A DNA stretch of 60,045 nt, the filler included, from Basidiobolus ranarum (taxonomy: Eukaryota), in NCBI GenBank assembly GCA_040143965.1. It is 11 parts of 11 records of this genome, joined end to end, with 100 filler letters (N's around TTAATTAATTAA, not from the genome) between each part and the next. Parts side by side here need not be neighbours in the genome. Positions count along the whole stretch, not along the records: positions 1 to 5,383 come from JASJQH010008490.1; positions 5,484 to 10,864 come from JASJQH010008491.1; 9 more parts are not named here. The stretch is one strand, 5' to 3'. A program made the translations under genes and the position numbers. The notes beneath the pieces were generated by a model. The model was not told the origin of the DNA and searched no databases. It worked only from the letters and a program-made list of their open reading frames with translations. This document shows positions 1-10,964 of the stretch, piece after piece (the first letter of the stretch is position 1; each line of letters begins with the position of its first letter).

Positions 1-98
1 ATAAATGTCAACTTTCTACTCAATAAATCAATAAGTGAAAACCACCAATTCCTCTAATTCTCCAAACCACTTCCAACAGGCTCCCAAATACTTTAACA
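1..98 (+). repeat. Copia LTR family 1, 3' part (cut by contig start)
   Basis: Near-identical to the reverse complement of 54698-54790; ends ...CCCAAATACTTTAACA. Confidence 0.85.
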
Positions 99-298
99 GA
101 AATGTACTAATGGTGAGATGATATGATTGGTTAGGTTTCATGGAATGTTCAAACTAACATGACTTCAATATAAGGTATCCTGGATAAGCTAGCATAAGAT
201 TGCCAAGAAAGGATGGCACAGCAGATATGATGTCATAATCTAATAATTGAAGAATTCCATTCGCAGTGGATAAGCAGGCTAAGATCAGAATCATGATA
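99..298 (-). repeat. LTR-like repeat family 3 fragment
   Basis: Aligns with 5790-5920 and with the reverse complement of 32329-32515; ends at the decayed TGTCATGATTCTG terminus. Confidence 0.75.
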
Positions 299-658
299 GT
301 CTAAGCACTTACATAGTCATATATAGCTTGATATTTAGTTATTCTATATTTCATCAAGATATTACCCATGATTCTCATTTGAAATTTACTTCAATATTAT
401 TCTCAATTGGAATTTGCTTAAAATATCTTTACCAACTGAGAAGTTCTCAGATATATATATTTTTCAAACTTGTGCTAGAAGCCCAAACTTTGCACACATC
501 TTTCTGGGACATTCCTTAACACATTCTATATGTTAGTTTGTTCACATCTTGACAAAACTACAAATGTCAACTTAAAACTCAATATATCAACAAGTGAAAA
601 TGACCAATTTCTCTAATTGTCCCAACCACTTCCTACAGGTTCCCAAAATACTGTAACA
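299..658 (+). repeat. Copia LTR family 1, nearly full, 5' end interrupted by family 3
   Basis: Aligns along its length with the reverse complement of 54698-55040 and 31071-31414. Confidence 0.85.
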
Positions 659-955
659 TGCTAAGTGCTTTAGTACAAATTGTGAGGGCCTAGAATATTG
701 TCACTAGGAAAATTTGAATATCCCATTTTAAAGTTATAGGCACAAATTGTATGTATTTGTACTGCACAGCTGTACCCATATAATTTTAGAATAGAGTAAT
801 CAGATTCAACTAGCACACTGCTATGATTTGATTGGCCCATTACATCTATAGCAATTATAAGGTGATGTGAGTAAATTTTATGACTTGGAGTCATTGATTG
901 GGTATAGGAAGCACACCCCTTAGTTGTCTCTTCTGAACAATTTCACATACATAAA

Positions 956-3742
956 ATGTCTTCCTCTAATTATATCCAAATCGATGTACCTCCAAGACAT
1001 CCACCTTTTGGTTGCCTCACAAGCACAGATTTGATCACCGAAAAACCTGGATTCAAGCACTGGGAACAATGGGCGGCGAAAATTAAAACCTACGAGGCTT
1101 CAATTAGAGCGTACCTCATGCAATACTTTGAATCTCACCCGAATTTTTCAGCAGCGTCCAAGTTTGTAATTAATTTAGCAAAGATCGAAGACATATATTT
1201 CCTCTTCACTGCCATACTAGATAATGACCTTACAAAGATGCAAGAGGGACTGATTGCATTGATGTTAAGTGACTTGGGTACTTCATTCGTCAAACGTAAA
1301 TCAGATCCCATGTTGCTCACAAGTATAAATAAGGAGAGAATAGCCTGGGTGAAAACATCCTTCAATCAGGCCTACGTCGATGAAGTTAAACTTGTAGATC
1401 GACTCCTCGATTCTCTGAATACGGCCGCCAATCAATGGAGCAATGCTGAATATATGTCTCCCTATACCTCAATTATTCAGTCTAGTGGATACGGAAAATC
1501 GCGGGCCATCAAACAGATTGCTCAGCGGACATTCGTTGTATATTGTTGTCTACGGCCAGAGGAAAGTAGTGGATTCCCACTACGTTCAGCAATCGCATCG
1601 ACACTTTTGGCTAAGATTAATATAGGCAGTACTGACCCCCCTTATTTCTACTTTGTTTGTCGTTTTGTTGCTTTCATTGTAGCTTGCATGCGAAAACTTG
1701 CAGCGTTTGTGAAAAACAGTAAAAAAGAAGAAATTATGGACATGTCATCACAGGATGGTGAGGATTCTACAATTTATGCCGAATGGTTCAAGCTACAGAT
1801 CGAAGACACTGATCAGAAAGGGGATACGAATGTTTGTGGGTCAAAGTTTTGGGCAGAAATACAGAGCGAAATGGATAAAATCGTGGCTAACTGTCCATAT
1901 ATTTCTGACGAGAGAATGCTTAGCGACTTCACGCAGCTGGTATCCATCGCCAATACGGAGATGCGATCAGTCCTCATGGAATCGGGACTGAGATTTTGCG
2001 ATGCATCATTGGTTTGTGTGATGGATGAGGCCCGTACTTTACTTGACAAGAATTATACGCCCACAGCAGCAAGTACGCTATTCCACTACCTACGCATCGC
2101 CCAGTCAATCGTCCCAGACTTCATATCTGGTAGGCCTGGTTACTTTTCGGTCATGTTGGATACAGCTGCAAAGTTCTCCAATTTCCAATCTCATATTCCT
2201 TTCGATCCATCCGCTCGCTTCATAAAATGTAATCATCTGTTTCCTCCGTTCTATCTTCTGGACACATTCGATACACTTGCTCAGAAGAGCGTTGACGACT
2301 TCGAAAGGTTAATAACATGGATTCAGTCTTATATGGAAGCACCAAAACACAATATTCTTGCTGACATTCAGATGCAAACATATCGGTATGGTAGAGCACT
2401 GTGGAGTTCTGCTGCGACTGCAATTCTGAGCAACCAAAGTAATGATGTTGCTCAAGCTGTCTTGCAGTTATTAAAATTGGCAGCAACGAAAGTCTCGGGA
2501 GGAACAGACTGGTCCTCCATGGCGGTTAAGAATATAACAACACATGAAGCTGTCGCAATTGTTCAACCGCGGATTAACATGTACGTCACACCGCAGACCG
2601 AAATGGCAGGTGAAATGGTTGCTGACTTTATGGGCACGCTTCTCCATGTTTCTAAAGGTCTGCGACTCATGTACATGGCTTACCCATCTGAGCCCATATT
2701 GGCAGCTGGATCGGCAGCTGTGTCTAGCCTCTTCACTGGCGATGAACTTGCTGTGATTGTGAATCACATTACAGACATTGTCCGGGAAGGGATTGTAGGG
2801 CCCGGTACCAAGGGTGAACTCATTACCAAACTACTGATCACCTACTCTTGGGACCGTGCATGCAAATTAATCTCTCCTAAACAATCACCAATGTCTGTAA
2901 CGCGGCCAATGCGAGTGAGCGAGTTTCTTTTCTCACTCCTTGATCAAGAAAAGCTGGAGAAAGCACTTTGTGGCCAAATCACTTCAGAAAAGAAGAGTCA
3001 ATTTATGAATTCAATTGTGTTCTTTAATCACCTCAATTCGCCGACCTACTCCGTCACAGAAAAGGATCTAGAAAAGCATTTTGTACGGTGTGCGGCAATT
3101 AGTCTCCCTCGTGGAGCGGTTGCTTTTGACTTTTTGATTCCAGTATTACTTGTTGAAGATCCAGCACAGTCAGCTAATAGGAAAGAAGCAGTCAGTGAAG
3201 AAAATTCTGGCAAACGGCGGTTTACGTTTATAGGTATCCAGAGTCGCTTATATTCTCGTTCAGACCCAAAGTATAAGTTTGCCAACCGTGTGTCAACTCC
3301 AGAGAAAAGCGGTTTGTCTAAAAGCTTCACTGCTCCGTATCTCGTCATCTATATGTCCATAGGCTACGTAAACGGAAAGATCGTTAATGTCAAGCATAGA
3401 CCAGCTGATGAAAGAACTCTTTCCAAGCATAAAAGAACCTCTCCCAGGCACCAATCTAAAGCTTCAAAGCGTACATTTGATGTGTCTCAAGATGAGGAAA
3501 ACGCACGACTTAACAACCAAATGATAGTTGTAGTTAAGGGATTGTCTCCTTGTGTTTATCCTCTCTTGCGGAGTTCAGCTGATGAGTTAAAAGGTTGTGA
3601 TCCAACACGTCTTGAACAGACAACTCCACTTTCAATCAGTTTCAAAAAATTGAGCCAATCTTGGAGTGATCCAGTTGAAGTTGCTCCGGATACAGATACG
3701 AAAAGTATCAAAAGGATGATGCCATTAACTTACCTCGATTGA
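956..3742 (+). CDS. P-loop NTPase with putative C-terminal PD-(D/E)xK-like domain (Crinkler/CR-effector-related NTPase+REase architecture), 928 aa, intronless
   Basis: Walker A IIQSSGYGKSR, Walker B VCVMDEAR, family motifs LDTAAKFSNF, DPSAR, YGRALW, YPSEPILA, GELITKL; C-terminal AFDFLIPV...FIGIQSR. Confidence 0.8.
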   Translation: MSSSNYIQIDVPPRHPPFGCLTSTDLITEKPGFKHWEQWAAKIKTYEASIRAYLMQYFESHPNFSAASKFVINLAKIEDIYFLFTAILDNDLTKMQEGLIALMLSDLGTSFVKRKSDPMLLTSINKERIAWVKTSFNQAYVDEVKLVDRLLDSLNTAANQWSNAEYMSPYTSIIQSSGYGKSRAIKQIAQRTFVVYCCLRPEESSGFPLRSAIASTLLAKINIGSTDPPYFYFVCRFVAFIVACMRKLAAFVKNSKKEEIMDMSSQDGEDSTIYAEWFKLQIEDTDQKGDTNVCGSKFWAEIQSEMDKIVANCPYISDERMLSDFTQLVSIANTEMRSVLMESGLRFCDASLVCVMDEARTLLDKNYTPTAASTLFHYLRIAQSIVPDFISGRPGYFSVMLDTAAKFSNFQSHIPFDPSARFIKCNHLFPPFYLLDTFDTLAQKSVDDFERLITWIQSYMEAPKHNILADIQMQTYRYGRALWSSAATAILSNQSNDVAQAVLQLLKLAATKVSGGTDWSSMAVKNITTHEAVAIVQPRINMYVTPQTEMAGEMVADFMGTLLHVSKGLRLMYMAYPSEPILAAGSAAVSSLFTGDELAVIVNHITDIVREGIVGPGTKGELITKLLITYSWDRACKLISPKQSPMSVTRPMRVSEFLFSLLDQEKLEKALCGQITSEKKSQFMNSIVFFNHLNSPTYSVTEKDLEKHFVRCAAISLPRGAVAFDFLIPVLLVEDPAQSANRKEAVSEENSGKRRFTFIGIQSRLYSRSDPKYKFANRVSTPEKSGLSKSFTAPYLVIYMSIGYVNGKIVNVKHRPADERTLSKHKRTSPRHQSKASKRTFDVSQDEENARLNNQMIVVVKGLSPCVYPLLRSSADELKGCDPTRLEQTTPLSISFKKLSQSWSDPVEVAPDTDTKSIKRMMPLTYLD

Positions 3743-4115
3743 AGTGACATCCCTGCTAACAGAGAAGCTTATTATGTTTTTTATTGAAAGCGTTTTGACA
3801 TGTCATCCAGTGATCATGGTCTGTCACATTAGCACCACTACTGACTAATATAATTATATTGGGGTTTGTCTCTGCGTCAAACATTGCTGAAATGGCCATA
3901 GTCGTGATGGTAATATACTGCTAACTTCCTTGTACAAAGAATACTGAGGTAGATTTAATTACGTATTTTGCTATATACAATGCCCAAAAAGATATGAATG
4001 AGCTCTTAATATTGTGATAACATAAATGACTCACTTGAAGTATGTTCGCGTCCAAGCTATGGTGCACTAGTAGCCTTTCAATATTGATACATGGTTTAGG
4101 CGAAACAAGATACTA

Positions 4116-4441
4116 TGGAAGTTGTTTGGAGAATTACAGAAAATGGTAGTTGACACTTGTTGATTTATTGAGTAGAAAGTTGACATTTATAGTTTTGTCA
4201 AGATGTAAGCATAATAATGTGTAGAATGTGTTAAGGAAGGTCCCAGAAGCATGTGTGTAAAGTTTGGGTCTTCTAGCACAAGTTTCAAAAGACTATATAA
4301 ATGAGAACTCCTAAGTTGGTAAAAAATATTCTAAGTAAACTCCAATTGAGAACAATGGGTAATATCTTAGTGAAATATAAGATAACCAAGTACTAAGCTA
4401 TATATGACTATATAGGTGTTTAGGTAATGCAAATTTCAACA
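4116..4441 (-). repeat. Copia LTR family 1 copy
   Basis: Direct alignment with 54716-55040, ending AATTTCAACA. Confidence 0.85.
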
Positions 4442-5030
4442 AATACTCCTTTGCTAATGTTTTGCCACTCTACAAAGGAAAAGGAAAACACCTGGATCCA
4501 AGCTCCTACAAACCTATCTCCCTGCTCCCCACTTGCAGAAAGGTACTTGAGCTGTTGATAGCTCAGGACCTCTATACTTATTCTCTCAAGTTTCACCCAG
4601 CTCAGTTTGGCTTAGTCCCAAAGCTCTCTCTGGAATATGTAGTAATACTCAGCCAAGATCACACTCTGCAGTGCAAGTATATATCAGCTCTCTTTAATAT
4701 TACTAAGGCCTTTGATACTATAGACAGAAACTTACTCTGAGTCAAGCTTCAGCAATTCTCTTCACCTTCTCTTACTCTCCTGGTTAGATTACTCCTAGAC
4801 CTGCAAGCAAAAGTTCTCCATCCTTTAGAGCAGTCTGCTATCTACTCTGTACCTAATGGCGTAATGTGAGGCTCTGTTCTTGGCCTTATTCTGTTTGCTA
4901 TCTTTCTGAATGACTTCTCCAGTCTCTCTCCAGGCTCTATGGTTACTCTCTTTGCCAATAATATCAGAAACTACTCCTCCAATATCCAACAAGACTCTGA
5001 GCCTGTTGTGCTCCAACATACAAAGTTGTT
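4442..5030 (+). pseudogene. Non-LTR (LINE) reverse transcriptase remnant
   Basis: PLYKGKG..DPSSYKPISLL, HPAQFG, KAFDTIDR, then a decayed GSVLG motif and LFANN (YADD position); internal stops. Confidence 0.85.
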
Positions 5031-5383
5031 TAACTTACGCCATATCTATACAACTGACATGAATATCTGTTTAGTTTATCATTATTGCTAACTAGTCACC
5101 TGACCTTATCCAGTGACTTTATCATGTGACCAATCACCTGACTAACTATCTATTTGCTTATCCCTTCTATCAGATCATATGACCTATCACATGTTCATAA
5201 TCCAATCAGTATTAACCTCTGAGTCATCTGCCTAGACACAAGTCAATTTGAGTCACAAGATTCATAACCAATGATCTTTCACTGTCAAGACTTCAGCTGA
5301 TGCATGACTCACTTATCTATCTATCTATCTATCCAATCACATTTTCTTTTATCAGAATTAGTCATCTAATATCTTGGCGCTGA

Positions 5384-5483
5384 NNNNNNNNNNNNNNNNN
5401 NNNNNNNNNNNNNNNNNNNNNNNNNNNTTAATTAATTAANNNNNNNNNNNNNNNNNNNNNNNNNNNNNNNNNNNNNNNNNNNN
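5384..5483. other. Artificial contig spacer
   Basis: 44N-TTAATTAATTAA-44N (stops in six frames). Confidence 0.99.
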
Positions 5484-5945
5484 CACAATATCTCCAAAAA
5501 AATCATTGTGTCCAATTGTGGTGGGATAGTGCCATATTGTTCCTTATAGTGTCCAATTGAGTGTTATAGGACCCAGCCATGGTAATTGACAGATTGCGCC
5601 AGATGGTGTACTAGCAGGCTGGATTGAGCAGCATGATCTGACCTGGTCCAATGGAACAAGTCTACTATGGCAAGTTCAAGTGTTGGGGTGTTGGGGTGTT
5701 GGGACTACAATGACCAATTCATATAGGGATGAGGTAAGGATGATCAGGTGACCTTCCATCAATGGTCTTGGTGGAAATATACAATGTATGGGATGACATG
5801 ATTGGCTAGGTTTCATGGAATGTTCCAATGAACATGACTTTCATATAAGGTAATCTGGATGAACTAACACAAGATTGCCAAGAAAGGATGGCACAGCAGA
5901 TATGATGTCCTAATCTAAAATTAAAAAGTTTATTTGCAGTGGTTG
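5484..5945 (-). repeat. LTR-like repeat family 3 copy
   Basis: 5519-5665 matches 49246-49392; 5665-5920 matches 110-245 and the reverse complement of 32390-32630. Confidence 0.8.
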
Positions 5946-7060
5946 AGTATGCCAACAACAGAGTCAATACAGATATTAAAACAAATGGTAACTTGTTCTT
6001 ATCTAATCTATCTTGATTTACCAACAAGAACTCTGATACATACAACATTGATTCTGGAGCCTACAATCATTTCACAAAAGAGACACAATGGTTGGTAGAT
6101 TATAAGAAATCCTAATTTGATAGGTCTATTGACAAGTAACAGTATATTGTATGCATTCCAATGAGAGCAGTTGAAGTCAGTTTAATTGGTACTTGAGTAG
6201 AGAAAATGCACACTCTTAAATATATGTTATATGCTCCACATATTGCTAAAAAATTACTATCTTGATGCAAGTCCATCTCAGAATTCAAAATTCAAGTTTA
6301 AAAGCCATAAATCAAGGAACTTGCAATTATGACCAAAGAGATTTGGCCATATTGAGTTTGATTATATGTGTAAAATGATCAAAATTGCCTAATATCTTCA
6401 ATTTAAATAAATATCCCAATCAAAATGGAAATTTATGAGAGTTGTATAAATGGAAAATAAACTATGCAGTCATTCAAGTGTTTTGCTTTGAGTATATCTG
6501 TCAAAAAATATCATTTAATTCAAGCAGATTTGTATGGACTTAAATAAAATTAAATTCAGGTGGAAAAGGATATGACATGTCATTTATTGTTCATCATACA
6601 TGAGATTCTAGGGTCTACCTTATAGAAAAACAAGAAGCTCTCTGCATCTTTAAAGATTTTAAAACACATATAGAGATTGAAACTGGAAGCAAAATCCAGA
6701 AAACACATAATGATGATGGTTGAGAATGCACTTCAACACCGTTTGAGCACTTTCTAAAGTTCATTAAATTATGTCAGAAGCAAATGCCCCCTATTTATCT
6801 CGACAAAATTTAGTTGCTGAAAGAGCCAACAGGACTATATTTGGATTGGCAAGATTTATGATAAATGTGCAAAAGTTATCTTATAATTTTTAGGTGAAAT
6901 CTGGTACTACAGCCATATATCTAAAGAATAGGAGTTATACTACAAGTCTGCCTAACTCTACACCATATCAAGCTTGGTTTGGAGCTATACCCAATGCAAA
7001 ACAAGGATCTTTGGATGCACTGCTTATGTCAAAGTTATGAACAAAATTGGATAGCCTGAA
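5946..7060 (+). mobile_element. Highly decayed copia pol (protease to integrase)
   Basis: Remnant motifs IDSGAYNHF (~6045), RFGH (~6340), DLYG (~6527), FGCTAYV (~7010); many stops. Confidence 0.65.
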
Positions 7061-7250
7061 GAATTACCATTTACCAAGCACTCACTTCCTCTTTCTAATT
7101 TGCCAATGATGAATGAACAAAGAAGAGCTTAATATTCAGGTGACAGGGCAATGCTGCTCAACATATATATTTATTGAGCAATGTCAAATTGTTACAATTA
7201 TAGATTGATCCGGAATATCATCTCGATGATTTGAGGAATGAAATTTTGCT

Positions 7251-7547
7251 TTACCAGCAAAGAATTGAGTTGTTTGCGCGGATCTTACGGGTATCAATGT
7301 TGCCGCCAACAGCACCGTCAACGAGATTTTGACACTCGGTGTCAGAGTACAAGTAGCACCAACCTCCAGAGGTGTTAGCAACCCGGCAAAGGCTTGTCTT
7401 TCTCCAATCACGGGTAGGGTAGCAGCTGTGGGGTTTCAATTGCTGCAGGGAGTACTGGCCCTGGCAACCATGGAACTCGACGGAGGCAGCCTGGGTGCTA
7501 ACAGCAATGGCGGCAATAACAGCAATAGTGGAGGCAATGAACTTCAT
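7251..7547 (-). CDS. Small secreted cysteine-rich protein, 98 aa, 6 Cys
   Basis: Signal peptide MKFIASTIAVIAAIAVSTQA; CYLYSDTEC motif; upstream TATA and 5'-UTR intron. Confidence 0.85.
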   Translation of the reverse strand: MKFIASTIAVIAAIAVSTQAASVEFHGCQGQYSLQQLKPHSCYPTRDWRKTSLCRVANTSGGWCYLYSDTECQNLVDGAVGGNIDTRKIRANNSILCW

Positions 7548-7553
7548 ATTAGC

Positions 7554-7680
7554 CTATTGTTGTGGAAATTGGAATAAATTATTAGAAAGTGCGTTATGAG
7601 TAGGGACTTCCTTTCTTGTCCCAAATTCTTCGAAAGATAATTCCGGCAAGTAGAGAAGGTGAGGAAAGGGAAGAACTTAC
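7554..7680 (-). other. Probable 5'-UTR intron of the 98-aa gene
   Basis: GTAAGT donor at 7680, CTAAT branch site, TAG acceptor 6 nt before the ATG. Confidence 0.65.
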
Positions 7681-7741
7681 TTTTGTTGTGCTTGAAGAAA
7701 GGTTTTTGAGGATGTCCTTAGCAATGAGGATGCAAAAGACG

Positions 7742-7750
7742 ATATTTATA
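7742..7750 (-). promoter_or_regulatory. TATA box
   Basis: TATAAATAT about 60 nt upstream of the UTR intron donor. Confidence 0.55.
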
Positions 7751-9044
7751 TGTTTTCTCAGCCACTTACTACACTGGCTAACGATACCTTACTCCAAGGA
7801 TCCTCACCATTATCCAAGCACATGTATTTATGTCCTCAGATTTTGGGATGGCTGCTTGTTACACCCGATGCAAGCAATATCCGCCCCTATCCACCGAGAA
7901 CTTGAACGAGAGCAAATATGCCCTTTCCCACACGCGTTGTGTGGAGTTGAGGTTTGCTCAACCCGCCACAAGTGAATTGGTTGGGCGATAAATAACTAGT
8001 CGGTTTTGCTGACGATGAACTGAGAGAGAGGGGAGTTGGAATGCAGGATTAGGACGCTAATGAGAAGCACTTTTGATTACAATTGGTAAACTTTTGGGAA
8101 ACGGCTATAATATCAAATCTCTATAAGAGAAAATATCATCATTTCCAAAGGTAACGACACTATCCTCATACAATCCTTTTTCTCAGAGCTGTCTGACCAA
8201 GTACCGTGAAACGTCATACATGTGTAGCCAAATGGCTTAACATACTTGTCGTGATTTACTTTGAATAACTTGCTCTTTATTAACACTATCGATTGAAATT
8301 AATATGAAAAGTATATTCCGGAATCCTCAAACGACCTATAACCACAATAATGTTGCGGATTTTTTCAATTAATTAAGCAGAACATATTCCATTATTTTAT
8401 ATCAATAACGGGACATCATTGGCCAGCATTTCTAGTAGTTTTTTAACCTTACTTAAAATGGATGAATGATATACGCTCTTGGGAAAAGTGACCCCGGATT
8501 ACGGAATTCCAAGTCCATTTTGACACCCGACACGTTAATAGCTTCACCCGAAGTTACACAAAACGTTTCCCACAATAATTTTCCCGAAACAGTGTTTAAG
8601 TTTAGGCTTAGAAATAGGACCAAAAAAGCGGATGGCATGCAAAATTTTACCGAAACGTAACACAAACCTCTATTATGATTGTTCACTGTTGTACATAAAG
8701 CAAAGTACAGCACGTATAGGAATGTAAGTGAACCATCATAGCACTTATTAGTGGCAAAGTGAGTAATTTTGTTAATTATATGAAGTTATTAAGTGATTAC
8801 TAAATGAACTTATTAAATAGGTTCATCAACAAATCAACATTTACATTTCAAGGATTTAACTATAGTCAAATCACCGCAATCAGAAATTTATCTGTTAAAC
8901 CAACAACTTGAGCTTGTCTAACTTCCTGGCCTTATATTCAAACCTCACTTAGGAAGTATCAATTGCATATACACTCGTGCAAACCGCTATAGCAATGAGT
9001 GAAATATGAATATCAGATACTTATTTTGCCTAAACTAAGTATAT

Positions 9045-9398
9045 ATGTACATTCGAATCTAAGCAACTGTGGTATGCATGCTCCTTGTACATACTTGTAA
9101 TGGAACGAAAGTGGAGCCACCTGGTAATTACTTAACTGTCTTTACCAAGCGCGATTACTCCGGCGATAATCCACAATTAAAGATAGCAGCACAGGGCGTA
9201 TGTTATGGTATATACGATCTGCTGAACCAGCCTGTGATTTCCTCAACTTGGTCCTTGCTGTACTATAAAATTACTTTCTTTGAGAATTCCGATTGTACTG
9301 ACCACTCAAAGTCTTGGCCAGGATCTAACAAATGGCCAGCAGACATACAACGAGATGGTTTTAAAGAAGGTGCTTCAAGTGTTCAATACAGTGCTTGA
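9045..9398 (+). pseudogene. Secreted beta/gamma-crystallin-like protein with a stop codon inside the signal peptide
   Basis: ATG 9045 is in frame: MYIRI*ATVVCMLLVHTCNG; body has LTVFTKRDYSG, ITFFENSDC, ASSV. Confidence 0.6.
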
Positions 9399-10499
9399 AC
9401 CTTCCTTGTTCCAGTGTTCAATATAGGGCCTAGAGATGGTCATTATGTCAGGGACTCAACATAGTAGCACACCTACTTTGTAGTTAACTGCTATGGAATA
9501 AATACAGAGAGAGAAGCAACAATTCTTCTTGAACTTAACCTGTCGTTAATTCTTCTGGACCTACTCTCATACTCTCAACTGATACTTGTCGTTCAACAAG
9601 TCGGTTAACAATGGAGATATTAGGCTGGCCTAGACCAAGTATAATACAAGAAAGTCAAACTATAAATTAGTAATAACAGCTACTGATAATCACCTAGTGT
9701 GCTTGGTTTCCATCAATCTGATGTTCATAGATAAGTTTTAAACCTTTGTGGAAGCATTTGAAATTATGCACCATATTTTAAGATATAAAATATCGATACT
9801 TATTTGAAGGGAACCAAGTATAACATTATATAAATATAGAATTTTAATGGAGCTCACAAGGATAACATCATATATATACAGTTTTGATGGAGTTTACAAT
9901 GCTTTTTGACTATTTGACAGTTGGGGAGTATTTTAGGATGTTTAGCAACTGAAAAATCTAGTGGAAAATGGTATGTATAGGCAAATAGTCAATGTTTTAA
10001 ACCACTTTTATCAACAAGTGGTGAGTACAATCTTAGCAGCGTTTGCCTAAAATAGAGTCTTGCAAACGGTATGTTAGTAGTGTAGACAAAGTATATGTGA
10101 GTTACACGTTTGCAGAGTGATGCATTAGGAAAGTTGATTCAGGAATACCAAGCAGCACGGTGAGTGAGAATATCGCATTCATTAACACAAACATCGTATC
10201 GACATGATCACAAGTTGTTTTCGAATCGCTATTTGTAGCAATAGCATGCTAGTTAGTTGTATAGTTAAATTGTATATGATTTATGTCAAGTAAGTTACAT
10301 GCATGTTTCACGATCCACTAGAGTATATGACTAGAGAAGCAGGCATAACTATTGACACTACCCCCTACTCCCAAGAAAATCGTGTTTATGTTGTTTAACA
10401 GTCATATTCTATTGCTACATTAGGCAAATCATGAATTTACCCCCTTGGCTCATCCCTACGATCTACATCATTTCAAACTGATAAAATTTCACACACTAC

Positions 10500-10507
10500 T
10501 ATAAATA
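10500..10507 (+). promoter_or_regulatory. TATA box
   Basis: TATAAATA about 70 nt upstream of ATG 10576. Confidence 0.55.
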
Positions 10508-10575
10508 TCCCTCCCGAGATTCTAGGTTTTAACAAATCGTACGTATTTCATTACTTCTCTACTTTATTTATCAAA

Positions 10576-10864
10576 ATGAAACTCTCTTCTGCTAATATTC
10601 TCTTCGCTGTGTCCACCTGGGCCATGGTTAATGCTGCAGTGCTTGAACGAAGCTATAACACCAAGGATTACTCTGGAGGAGGCGAAGGAAAGGGTGTCTC
10701 TTATGGCAGTCATAATACCGGTGGTGGGGGAAATGGTGGAGGTGAAGTAAGTAATCGTTATGGTGGTAATGGTGGTGGTGGCTCAGGAGGTGATTACGGA
10801 GGCAACGGCGGTGGAAGTGGCGGAAAATACGGTGGTGGTGGTGGCTCAGGCGGTGACTACGGAG
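10576..10864 (+). CDS. Secreted Gly/Tyr-rich repeat protein, 3'-truncated by contig end
   Basis: Signal peptide MKLSSANILFAVSTWAMVNA, then YGGNGGGGSGGDYG repeats. Confidence 0.85.
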
Positions 10865-10964
10865 NNNNNNNNNNNNNNNNNNNNNNNNNNNNNNNNNNNN
10901 NNNNNNNNTTAATTAATTAANNNNNNNNNNNNNNNNNNNNNNNNNNNNNNNNNNNNNNNNNNNN
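10865..10964. other. Artificial contig spacer
   Basis: 44N-TTAATTAATTAA-44N. Confidence 0.99.

Noticed and set aside
1135..3348. Small ORFs overlapping the NTPase gene
   Set aside because: Shadow frames of a long real CDS with no motifs.
299..4441. NTPase gene captured inside an LTR retroelement
   Set aside because: The flanking LTR1 copies are in opposite orientation, and there is no PBS or PPT at the inner edges.
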